Shown here piece after piece: positions 9,101-17,491 of a stretch of DNA of 64,000 nucleotides. Both the position numbers and the translations under genes were made by a program. The stretch lies in assembly GCA_964450405.1 (NCBI GenBank), contig CAYVCQ010000015.1:12327-76326 (forward strand). Reading direction: 5' to 3'. The notes under the pieces were generated by a model. The model did not search any database. It saw only the letters and a program-made list of their open reading frames with translations, and had not been told where the DNA came from. The stretch comes from an uncultured Leptospirales bacterium (GTDB taxonomy: Bacteria; Spirochaetota; UBA4802; UBA5550). Every line of letters starts with the position of its first letter. The stretch's first letter is position 1.

Positions 9101-12100
9101 AGTGATATAAACTTTTCAGAAAAAGCGGCTGATCTGCACCGGGATTTTAAAAAGCTCAATGCCGTTGACCTTGCTGAACTTATATCTGAAAATGAAGCCA
9201 TTGCATCGGGCAGATATGATGCTGATGCAATAGCCCTGCTTCGTGAATACTATATGACAGGGAGCGGAATAGCGGGACTTAAATTTATTGAGGAGTTTGA
9301 TAGAAGTGCCGAACTTGGACGTAAATCATACGAGAATTTAAAAAACTATGTATCTCTCAATTATAACTACCTTCAGAAGGGGCAGAACCTGCTTACTGAA
9401 TATACATATCTTAATGATATGCTTGGATATATAAACAGCAAAGTATCGACTCTGCTTCTTGACATATCCGAATCAAACCCATTATCAGTTGAAGCATTTA
9501 AAAATCTTACACCGGAAAGCCTCAGCGAGGCGGCAGGTGCGCTTGCATCATATATGGATGATCTTGAGCAGCGGAATATGCCGGTGCCCGATTTTTTGAG
9601 AAGTGCCGCTGAAACAGTAGCGCAATTAAAAGTTAATCTCGATTCGGGTCTTTTTATTCTGCGGTATATGAATAATGACACATCTGCTGAAATGGCGGGC
9701 ACAGTTGATGATATTTATGCCAGAAAGCTTGCCGAAGCGGGTGAGAGTTCAGTCGTAATGGAATTCATTCAGGGCTGTGAGGAAATAATTGAAACGGGGA
9801 AGGATGATTACGCCTCGGGAATGAATATTCTCTCGCTTTACGAAAAACTGACTGAAACTCAGAAGAGCTATATTGCGCAGCATAAAGATGCGAATGTTAA
9901 AGAGGTTAGTTCGTTTATTGAAAATTTATATCTTTATAGATATACGATTAATCTGAACAGCTTAGCCGCACAATACAGCGGGACCGAATTATCGGTTACA
10001 CCGGAACAGTATGTTTCGACCATGCAGCTTCGGGACGAGGATAAAACGAAACTGATTGCGGCAATAAAACCTGTTTATGAAAGAAGAAATTATGATAAAG
10101 ATTTTGCCGATGGAAAGATATTAAATATTGAAGATTATATAACATCAAGAGATCTTGATGGAGATACAGAAAAATCGCTTCGAGCTTATGCAATGATAAC
10201 TGAGTATAATAAAATTGCATCAACTGGAAATTATACAAGCACAGACCCGGCATTTACTACCTACATGCAGTCAAAGGATTTAAAAGATCTCCCCGATGAT
10301 GCGAAGATATTTGCCGCGTCTAAGTATTATTATGACGAGATGTTTTCAAAAAACAAGGTTCCGGCAGATGTAGAACAGTTTCTTGAAGATAAGTTTGGTT
10401 CAGCTGGAGTTAGCGGATCGCTTGTAGACGCGGTTAAGAAGTATGCCGGGATGCTCAGTACCGTTTCATTCTTCTACGGGAACGATCTGGAGAAGTACAC
10501 AAAGGATATGGATGCCGATGCGATGAAGTATTTTCTTATGTATATAAACGGTGACGGTGACGCGATACTCCCCGGCTTTGAATACGGAATATATGGAAGC
10601 AACATAGCAACAGCTCAAGTACTGGTTGAACAGGGTAAAATCACCGCTGAACTTGACAAGTATGCATCAGGCTTTAGTGAACTTGTGAGAAGACAGGGAA
10701 AAAACCTTGATGCAGCAAATGCCGGACTTAAAAATGCCTCGGCACTGCAGGCTTTTTATAAGAATGGAAACTCCGAAAAAAACTGGAGAGACAGCCTTCT
10801 CCCGGTAATTGAAAAAACAGAAAAAACTGATACTGCCCCTGCGAGTGAGAAAAATATAATTACACTTCAGATCCTTGATGATCTGTCCGGATGGTTTGAC
10901 ACATTGGACAGTGTGACGGGAGAGCGAAGCACACTCATTTACAGTAAAACTCCAGCGCCTCGGGATGGAAAAACATTTTCGATAAACGGTATAATTGATA
11001 ATATGAATAAAATCGTAAGTGTGTTTACAGCACTTGGTGAATCAATGAAGCCTGAATTTAAACCGGACAGCCAGGGGAGTATAGCAGGTTTTCTTGAAAA
11101 GGTCGATGCCGACTCCGTCTATAAACTGGGAGAAAATTATGCATTTGAAAACGGTGCATTCACATATGAAACCGGACTTATTGGTATAGTGTCGGGATAT
11201 AAGACGTCAAGCGACGGCTATACGGCAACAGTTGCCGCGATCAAAGGTGAGCTGAACGGGATAGATTCAGGAATGGAGAATAATCAAAGCACACTCCAGT
11301 CAAAAAAGATGAGTTATGATCTTATGACCGGCGGGAAAGATAAAGAAACCCTATTGAAAGAACTTGAAGTATCAAGAAGAACACATGACCTGGCAACACA
11401 GGATGTGGAGAGGTTACGCACATCACTTATTGCGGCACGGGGAATTTACGAGGCCGCCAATACCAGCTACATAAACAAGATGAATGAAGTCAGCACCGCA
11501 TACAGCAGCTACAAGGGACTTGAATTTAATTACGAGAGGGCATATTCTGTATGGGAGTACGCCAACACTCCATATCTTAAAGAGGATAAAACCGACGCCG
11601 GTGATATTGTATCGGGTGAGACTCCGGCTGGTGAAGCTGCGGATTACGGAACTATACCTGTACCTGATGCGAGGGATAACTATGCAAGGATCCTTGCGAA
11701 ATTTAATGAGGTGAACACGCAATATATTGCCAAAGCGGCGGCAGTAACTAATCAGGATACGGTTGAAAAACTGAACTCCGACCCTGAATATATTAAAATG
11801 AAAGCGGATTTTGAAAGGAAGAGCCAGTCGTACATAAGAACTTCGCAGGTGAATGTAGAGGTGAGCGAGGATCTTGAGGAGTATAAACAGCAGTATAATA
11901 TCTCAAAACAGATATATGAAACATCAAAAGATTCTGTAAGCTTTTACTCCGGCAAATATACTGCAGCAACGGATGCAGAGAAGGCAACACTGAAAAAACT
12001 GAGAGACACGATTCTGAACCATATGCTGAAAACCGGCAGCGAAGGGGAGAGTAAAGCGGTAATGGAAACCTATCTTTCTGCAATAACATGGTACAGCAGT

Positions 12101-15100
12101 GTTACCTCAACAGCCGGTTTAGAGGGGGCGATTCAAGATGCGCAGAAGCAACTTGCCGGTGGAAACCTGAATCTGGGAGAAATCTATGGGATAAATAATA
12201 ACATTTCCACATGGAGAGATATAATCGCAAGCAACGCGCCATATGTGACTGCCTATAATAACCTATCGGAGCAGATCAGAGATGATGTAAAAAATATTTA
12301 TGACAGTTTTAAAACAAATAATGATTCATTAAGCAATATATTGAGCAGCTTTTACGCCGCAATATACTGGAGAGGTGAATATGAGTACGCAAATCATAGA
12401 TATAACAGTACTCCAAAGATAAAGGTATCAACAAGAAGAATATGGCGGGACAGACGGGACAGCAGGTGGGGGAAATATGCCAATCTGCAGTATCAGTATG
12501 ACGGAGCAATAGCTCCGATAAGAACAAGCCTCGATAATGCAAGGAAGGATAAAATTGATTATGCTGCAAAGGAAGCGGCATATACAGGAATATCCTCTGT
12601 AAGATATATAGATGAAATAAAATCATACCTGAAGCAGGGAAAATACGGACTGACCGATGAAGATCTGAAACATTTGTATGACAGCACCAGCACAGGATAC
12701 CCGATAGATGGAGAAAGTATAAATCTTGATGATCTTAGAAATCAGAATGAAAAGCAAAGAAAGGATCTTGACGGAGAAACGGTATACGCAGATGTAAATG
12801 ATACAACAATAACCGTACTTGATAAAGATGGAAAAGCTCAATTCGATAAAGACGGGAAAGCCATAGAAGTATATAATATTAATGATGCCAGTATAAGGGT
12901 TGAGAAGATAGATGGAAAGTATGTGGTATATGACCGTACTTATAATATAGCGGCAGTGGCGGGTATACTCAAAACACGCGCAGAGAGTATAAGACAGAGC
13001 TACTATACAGCACTGTTAAACTACAGCTCAAAGCCGGTCGAGGAAGGTGGGCATGACAGCACAGTGGTTTTGCGTGACCTTGAAACAACATACCATGGGT
13101 TGCAGGAATTTGCCGAAACATTTAATCTAAATAATGCAGCCGTAACAACACCGGCAGATAAAGAGATACGCCAGAGAGGATTAGAGGGCTACGGAACAAT
13201 AACAAGGGAGTATGTAAATAACGGAAACGAAACATCACTGCAGGGATTGATAATGAATGCTCTTATATCTCAGAGCACTCGTTTACAGGAACAGCTTTGG
13301 GCACAACAGTCGGATAAATTTCAGGAGAGAAAAAACCGCTGGAGTGAAGTAACGGGATATATAGTAAACCGCGGGATGAAGGAGTGGAGAGAAAATTACG
13401 GCGAATTCAAAAATCTCTGGACAAAATGGAGATTTGATGCTAAAAAGATGATAACTGAAGGGGAGGAGTTCTGGACAAGTGTAAACAACGGAATGAAAAC
13501 CGAAATGAACAGCTGGACAGCAGAAACATCCAAAGCCTCGTCAAAAGAAGCAGCCGAAAGGATCTACGGAGACCTTGAGGGCCGGATAAGCAGGTATGAA
13601 GCGGATCTGAAGAATAAAATTCCCGGCAATGTAAAAACGGATTTAAACATAGATAAAATTCTAAGCCAGTCTATGAAAAGCAACCCCATAGACAGCCTGG
13701 GAATACTGACACAAAGCATGCAGAACACAGACACAACGGCAGGCTTTACAAATATGCTTAACCTTGGCTTAAACGGAAGCCTGTTTAAGTACAACGAAAA
13801 ACAGATGGAAGAATACACAAACGCCATGGGGTTAATGAAAAACCTCCAGGTGATAGACATACTGAACAATATAATAGACAGTTTTAACAAACAGCTTGAA
13901 GAATCGAACAAAAGTGTATACGACGGGATAGACTTTAATATAAGAGGAAACCCGAGCTTTGGAGATGCACCATACCAGAGAAAAAAAGCAGAAAACAGAT
14001 GGGATATAAGAGTATGCGTAGCAAGTAACCTGACAGGGGACAAATTTAAAACCAGACAGTTTGCAGATTACAACAGCTACATAAACAGCACAGTATACTT
14101 CCAGCCGATAAAAGGACTGGGAGGAACAACAATAGATTTTACAGAGGTAAATACATACAACAAACTGGATGGAGAAGAATTAGATACATACGTAGGCCTG
14201 GAATCGGAATGGCTAAGCAGAAAGATAGAAGATGTATTTAAAGAGGGCGGAACATTCTCGGGCCACCAGGAGAAGGAATACAACAGGCTATACGCACAAT
14301 TTGGAGAAACCTACGGTGAATGGATGGCAGGAGAAGCCCTGCAGAACGCCGGTTTCTATGCCAAACCAATAGGACCCGGAGCACCGAGCATCATGACAGG
14401 AACAGTAATGATAGCCCAGGTAGTAGGTACATGTACCGGAATGGTCTGGATAGGAGCAGCAGCCAATGCGCTGGCACTTACAGTACAGATAGCAGACGGA
14501 ACAGCCGAGGCAAAACATGTAGGAACACAGGTAGCCGTGGGAGCAGCAAGCGCCATGACAAAGGGGGCATCGGATATATTCACATCAGGAATAACCTATG
14601 ACCAGGACGGCGGAGTAGGCTGGGATAAGAAGCAGTTCAAAAAAGGCGCAAAAAAGAATGTGGTAAAACTGGGATTAAAAATGGGCGGAATGGATACCTT
14701 TTCAACCGAGGCAATAGTAGATGGCCTGAAGACAGATGGAGGCTGGAATGAGTTTGGATTTGACACAAAGAACTGGCGACAGCATCTGCTTGTTGGGGCA
14801 TCGGCAGCATTGAGTGAAGGAGCAGGACAAGCCTCGGGAAGCAATTTACTTGGGCAATTTCTGAGTCAGAGTATGCAGTGTATGGCGTATGATACCATGG
14901 GCGGAAAGGGATTTTCGGAAGAGTATGGAAAACAATACGGCAAGTTTAACTGGGATAACTTTGGAGCAAGCACATCAAGATTAGGTGGGGATCTCGGCGG
15001 AATGGCCATGAAGAAGTTAGATTTAATGGCAACAGAACGTGAAGAAAATAGAAGTAAAGGATTTCCTGAAGGAAAAGGATTGCTTGATTACGCCGACGAT

Positions 15101-16285
15101 ATGTTAGGTGGAATATGGCAGAGTCTGAAGGGCGCAAAAAAATCTATGGGTGAAATCACAGATGGAATAATAAAAGCAGTAGGGCTTACCGATGTGGTAA
15201 ATACTGTAGCAAGCGGTTATAATAAAGCTGTAGAATTTATGAATGGAGATGGGAATATATTTGGAAATATTGGAAAGATTATCGGAGGTGGAGTCGCTGA
15301 TGGAGCAAGATCTGGTTGGAATGGAGTAACGAATTTTGCACAGAGCGTAAAGAACAAAGTTTCTTATAGTGAATTTGGAACAAATTCAAACCCTCTTGTT
15401 GAAAAAGCTAAATTAAATTATCAGTTTGAAAGTGCTGGATTAACAAATCAAAACCTTGAAGCGAACTATCAGCCAGGCGCAGTAATAGAAGCTGATGATG
15501 GAACAATTTTTCAGATTAATCTTGATGAAGATGGTAACAGGATATTGTTTAATACAGGTGAAAATAGTAAATATTACGTACAGATGGCGGGATTATTTTC
15601 TGAAGGGAAACCAATAGATAAATTTGTAGATCAAACACTGGATATAAGTTCAAGGTACCAGGCAATTCATAATTATGATGATGGTAAAACGGAAATAAAT
15701 GGCATTAAAATTTCATTCAGTAACAATGATTACAATACAAAAGATAAAATAAGCAAAGTTTCTGGGAGATTGTGGAATAATTTAACAGATGCGGCCGATG
15801 ATACCGATGTGAATGTTACAGGAATAAAAGTATATTCAGTTGATTATGGAACAAGTGATCCACATGCTGCAGGTGTAGGGATTGACATTATAGGTTTGTA
15901 TGTTAATGGAAGTAAGGATATGACTGATTATCGACGAGACTATAAGGATGGTCAATTTAATCCTACGACACAGAATTCTGTAATAACAAATTTTGAAAAT
16001 GCATTCTTTTCTAAAGATGGAAGTACGCATGTGTGGGGGCCATGGCAAATGAAGGATAATGTAAATAATTGGGATTTTAAAAATATGGTGAGTGATTACC
16101 CTGGTGTGGTTAATACTGGTATAGCAGGAACAAAGGCATCAGAGTTATTAAAAGATTATGCTGATAAATATAAAGTTGATCAGACAAAACTATTCAGGAG
16201 TTATCAGCATACAAATCACGGTCACTATCAGGTGGATTTTAAGTATAGTACTGTTGACAAATACAAAGTTTATAAATTAATATAG
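6146..16285 (+). CDS. Giant 3379-aa secreted protein: helical body, Gly/Ala-rich hydrophobic module, C-terminal LAS-type (M15/VanY-like) metallopeptidase-like domain; candidate polymorphic toxin
   Basis: Single uninterrupted ORF with AGGAG 8 nt upstream of the ATG and a Sec-type signal peptide (LLSAIFLCFFTAPFLIFGTSLSA). Hydrophobic stretch IMTGTVMIAQVVGTCTGMVWIGAAANALALTV at about nt 14390-14490. SDPHAAGVGID at nt 15854-15886 and NHGHYQ at nt 16214-16231. Confidence 0.9.
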   Translation: MKKRITLLSAIFLCFFTAPFLIFGTSLSAEFKFKEFKSDREKFERYTSEAEKSVNEQQWQNILDSGKQEMLADWERSADSERERYIREGAADNEVRVSLEESRAAWENDYEKAESGAKGSWYIKREKLVFEDIDFSLLREIVENAGKDSNVTNVTNVAQWDSFVSSSLAGVNSAWDLKFLPPLSNLRSKGDILTGEEKAGFEAELAAFENDLRKKFEVERNTILYSGRNIFITELMVDTTSLRYQSDKESADAATDNLIKDVKSDLKTEEDKILNRSYNSEGQSPVDFSSMGDNWEEELKQLVNTGMEKWNATLDRLYQQMLNWKQSAEDAYNSAEAIWLKSAEKLGLARLEWEAKLSKEINESLDKWKSEESELTVNIERSREDFSSYMNNLSSQWDDHSSGLIDMAVNGSKVYAESLDNIKWLQEMALKCTNQGAFNSESDITPYLSPEILADISSVMEQYPWIGNNYKYRAKFNGSTLNSDGTILTENYTVDMLFSFPKSDYFPAGFEFTMKSYSWDNVVTDGSDAVRKSTYFYYKTELERWKKIETSFSGIAHDAELYMHEKNMLGQGGPGYLNNAGGSDPYLMTDAEFALEVSSRDRDFWQRRLDIARAVLDYAGATKREGAAATEANKVNAKTAMDSAKALYETTLNEVQDIVVRLNALQGKKPAEARNALNAAEWDAYLTSIEYLTQNFTEANQALKIADEDYTLRKRALIYLENGEDSSIIKKEIEGLERNILQSDRALYVKQVELYKTEMNNEFSRRSAGFAQNYETAVKNFEESKLRFNNLKNILTGDESDAALVSWGENIVSAKENIWEKEAAVYYGNIIQNLISGFNGAAGNDKILKGEQLSAFIRNIYFDLQGNVKSSEMIVSTLHDNNFDPDLFLKSSYSDDQAAYENYAETSVKALEIVDSAFELFKNDSSKQNYNSILDWLKTELAKEKYTYNAPNSSYMEHYTALKYFEENFHGLTPEAWESSRDRLDSDINFSEKAADLHRDFKKLNAVDLAELISENEAIASGRYDADAIALLREYYMTGSGIAGLKFIEEFDRSAELGRKSYENLKNYVSLNYNYLQKGQNLLTEYTYLNDMLGYINSKVSTLLLDISESNPLSVEAFKNLTPESLSEAAGALASYMDDLEQRNMPVPDFLRSAAETVAQLKVNLDSGLFILRYMNNDTSAEMAGTVDDIYARKLAEAGESSVVMEFIQGCEEIIETGKDDYASGMNILSLYEKLTETQKSYIAQHKDANVKEVSSFIENLYLYRYTINLNSLAAQYSGTELSVTPEQYVSTMQLRDEDKTKLIAAIKPVYERRNYDKDFADGKILNIEDYITSRDLDGDTEKSLRAYAMITEYNKIASTGNYTSTDPAFTTYMQSKDLKDLPDDAKIFAASKYYYDEMFSKNKVPADVEQFLEDKFGSAGVSGSLVDAVKKYAGMLSTVSFFYGNDLEKYTKDMDADAMKYFLMYINGDGDAILPGFEYGIYGSNIATAQVLVEQGKITAELDKYASGFSELVRRQGKNLDAANAGLKNASALQAFYKNGNSEKNWRDSLLPVIEKTEKTDTAPASEKNIITLQILDDLSGWFDTLDSVTGERSTLIYSKTPAPRDGKTFSINGIIDNMNKIVSVFTALGESMKPEFKPDSQGSIAGFLEKVDADSVYKLGENYAFENGAFTYETGLIGIVSGYKTSSDGYTATVAAIKGELNGIDSGMENNQSTLQSKKMSYDLMTGGKDKETLLKELEVSRRTHDLATQDVERLRTSLIAARGIYEAANTSYINKMNEVSTAYSSYKGLEFNYERAYSVWEYANTPYLKEDKTDAGDIVSGETPAGEAADYGTIPVPDARDNYARILAKFNEVNTQYIAKAAAVTNQDTVEKLNSDPEYIKMKADFERKSQSYIRTSQVNVEVSEDLEEYKQQYNISKQIYETSKDSVSFYSGKYTAATDAEKATLKKLRDTILNHMLKTGSEGESKAVMETYLSAITWYSSVTSTAGLEGAIQDAQKQLAGGNLNLGEIYGINNNISTWRDIIASNAPYVTAYNNLSEQIRDDVKNIYDSFKTNNDSLSNILSSFYAAIYWRGEYEYANHRYNSTPKIKVSTRRIWRDRRDSRWGKYANLQYQYDGAIAPIRTSLDNARKDKIDYAAKEAAYTGISSVRYIDEIKSYLKQGKYGLTDEDLKHLYDSTSTGYPIDGESINLDDLRNQNEKQRKDLDGETVYADVNDTTITVLDKDGKAQFDKDGKAIEVYNINDASIRVEKIDGKYVVYDRTYNIAAVAGILKTRAESIRQSYYTALLNYSSKPVEEGGHDSTVVLRDLETTYHGLQEFAETFNLNNAAVTTPADKEIRQRGLEGYGTITREYVNNGNETSLQGLIMNALISQSTRLQEQLWAQQSDKFQERKNRWSEVTGYIVNRGMKEWRENYGEFKNLWTKWRFDAKKMITEGEEFWTSVNNGMKTEMNSWTAETSKASSKEAAERIYGDLEGRISRYEADLKNKIPGNVKTDLNIDKILSQSMKSNPIDSLGILTQSMQNTDTTAGFTNMLNLGLNGSLFKYNEKQMEEYTNAMGLMKNLQVIDILNNIIDSFNKQLEESNKSVYDGIDFNIRGNPSFGDAPYQRKKAENRWDIRVCVASNLTGDKFKTRQFADYNSYINSTVYFQPIKGLGGTTIDFTEVNTYNKLDGEELDTYVGLESEWLSRKIEDVFKEGGTFSGHQEKEYNRLYAQFGETYGEWMAGEALQNAGFYAKPIGPGAPSIMTGTVMIAQVVGTCTGMVWIGAAANALALTVQIADGTAEAKHVGTQVAVGAASAMTKGASDIFTSGITYDQDGGVGWDKKQFKKGAKKNVVKLGLKMGGMDTFSTEAIVDGLKTDGGWNEFGFDTKNWRQHLLVGASAALSEGAGQASGSNLLGQFLSQSMQCMAYDTMGGKGFSEEYGKQYGKFNWDNFGASTSRLGGDLGGMAMKKLDLMATEREENRSKGFPEGKGLLDYADDMLGGIWQSLKGAKKSMGEITDGIIKAVGLTDVVNTVASGYNKAVEFMNGDGNIFGNIGKIIGGGVADGARSGWNGVTNFAQSVKNKVSYSEFGTNSNPLVEKAKLNYQFESAGLTNQNLEANYQPGAVIEADDGTIFQINLDEDGNRILFNTGENSKYYVQMAGLFSEGKPIDKFVDQTLDISSRYQAIHNYDDGKTEINGIKISFSNNDYNTKDKISKVSGRLWNNLTDAADDTDVNVTGIKVYSVDYGTSDPHAAGVGIDIIGLYVNGSKDMTDYRRDYKDGQFNPTTQNSVITNFENAFFSKDGSTHVWGPWQMKDNVNNWDFKNMVSDYPGVVNTGIAGTKASELLKDYADKYKVDQTKLFRSYQHTNHGHYQVDFKYSTVDKYKVYKLI

Positions 16286-16305
16286 TTTTATAAGGAATTT
16301 ATTAT

Positions 16306-16863
16306 ATGAAATCTAAACAAATAAGATTAATAATATTTACCATTACGTTAATTGTAGTTTTTTTAATAAATGGAATTGCTGAAAATATAATTCCGAAAAA
16401 ACCAAGTAATGTTTTAAAAGAAGCTAAATGGGAAAGTATTTTATCTTTATGGTCATTTGGCGATAGATTAGAAGGTAATAAAACTTTATGGTACAAAGAT
16501 GGGACATATTTATATAGAGAGATTTTAGTTAAATCAAATTTTAAAAAATCGATTCGATATCATGAGAATGGAAAAATACAGAGAGTAGGACAATTGCAAT
16601 ATTTCAAAGATAAGTATTGTGATAATGACGGCAATCTTATCGGTTGGATAGAAATAGGTAAATGGAAAGAATATGATAAAGAAGGAAGTTTAATTCATGA
16701 ATGGTGTCTTACACCGAATCCAAACAGAGGTGGAGAAGAACCTCAAAAATGTGGCGAAGAAAATTTTTACAACAAAGATGGTTCATTAAAAGAAAAAAAT
16801 AATCATAAATTAGAATGTAAATACGGTTGTGAAGAACTTGAGTATAAAGATTCAACCAAATAA
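16306..16863 (+). CDS. Signal-anchored MORN-variant/YwqK-like protein; candidate immunity protein for the giant protein C-terminal domain
   Basis: Starts 20 nt after the giant-gene stop, with AAGGA as RBS. N-terminal hydrophobic anchor. Repeats RYHENGKIQRVGQ and GKWKEYDKEGSLIHEW resemble YwqK-family antitoxin/immunity repeats. Confidence 0.65.
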   Translation: MKSKQIRLIIFTITLIVVFLINGIAENIIPKKPSNVLKEAKWESILSLWSFGDRLEGNKTLWYKDGTYLYREILVKSNFKKSIRYHENGKIQRVGQLQYFKDKYCDNDGNLIGWIEIGKWKEYDKEGSLIHEWCLTPNPNRGGEEPQKCGEENFYNKDGSLKEKNNHKLECKYGCEELEYKDSTK

Positions 16864-16910
16864 TGTTTATTGTACTGCAAGTTCTTTAGAATAGTATTCA
16901 ACAAACAAAC

Positions 16911-17290
16911 CAAGCCTCACTCCGGCCTCTCCTCAAAGAGAGGGGGTTCGTAATACAATTTCACGGAAAGTATCGCCGCAGCCGTGCGATTCTGCACTCT
17001 GCGGCGTTACGACAGGTTTTGATATAACTATGAGCTAAGCCCCTCCGGCTTCGGAGGAGACGCGGGGTTCGCGAAGGGGTGCGCGGCTGCACCCCTTGCA
17101 CGTTGAATGTACAAATACACACAATTAACAGTATCAAAAAAGATAAACACCCTCACCGCGTGAAGGATTGCAGTGGAAATCCCGCCCCGAAATTTGGCGG
17201 GATCAAATAATTTTATAACAGAATAAATTTAATGAGGAATAAAAATATAAAACAACCCGGGGCGGGATTGGAACGCAAAGCCTGACCCGG
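16911..17290. repeat. Cluster of GC-rich hairpin/inverted-repeat fragments (degenerate selfish-element remnants)
   Basis: Hairpins cgccgcag..ctgcggcg, ggggtgcgcggctgcacccc and atcccgcc..ggcgggat. Inverted pair gaaatcccgccccg / cggggcgggattgg about 70 nt apart. No ORF. Confidence 0.4.
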
Positions 17291-17372
17291 ATGCAGTAAA
17301 ACTGAAAATATGTAGATAATTAAGAAATTCGCATCACTAAAAAAATGCAGCAGGGGCACGCCCGACCGTTGT

Positions 17373-17411
17373 TACATAAACAGCACAGTACACTTCCAGC
17401 CGATAAAAGGA
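17373..17411 (+). repeat. 39-nt direct duplicate of giant-gene nt 14078-14116
   Basis: tacataaacagcacagtacacttccagccgataaaagga versus tacataaacagcacagtatacttccagccgataaaagga: 38/39 identical, same orientation. Confidence 0.85.
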
Positions 17412-17442
17412 GGGTGTGATTTACACAAAAAATCAGACACCC
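17412..17442 (-). terminator. Possible rho-independent terminator of the 17492-18853 gene
   Basis: On the minus strand: gggtgt-ct-gattt / aaatc-acaccc stem (11 bp with a 2-nt bulge) followed by tcctttt. Confidence 0.35.
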
Positions 17443-17491
17443 TTTGTATGATAGGCTTTATAAATTACAATATCCGGCACCCCGGATTGGA

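Noticed and set aside
6252-16048. About 25 short ORFs (60-159 aa) on both strands inside the giant gene, for example 13564-14043(-) and 14320-14601(+).
   Set aside because: All are nested in the 3379-codon frame and have biased low-complexity translations. T-depletion of the coding strand explains them.
17170-17285. ggggcgggatt(ggaac/tccac) motifs reminiscent of CRISPR repeat ends.
   Set aside because: There are only two copies and they are inverted relative to each other. There is no direct-repeat/spacer periodicity and there are no cas genes.
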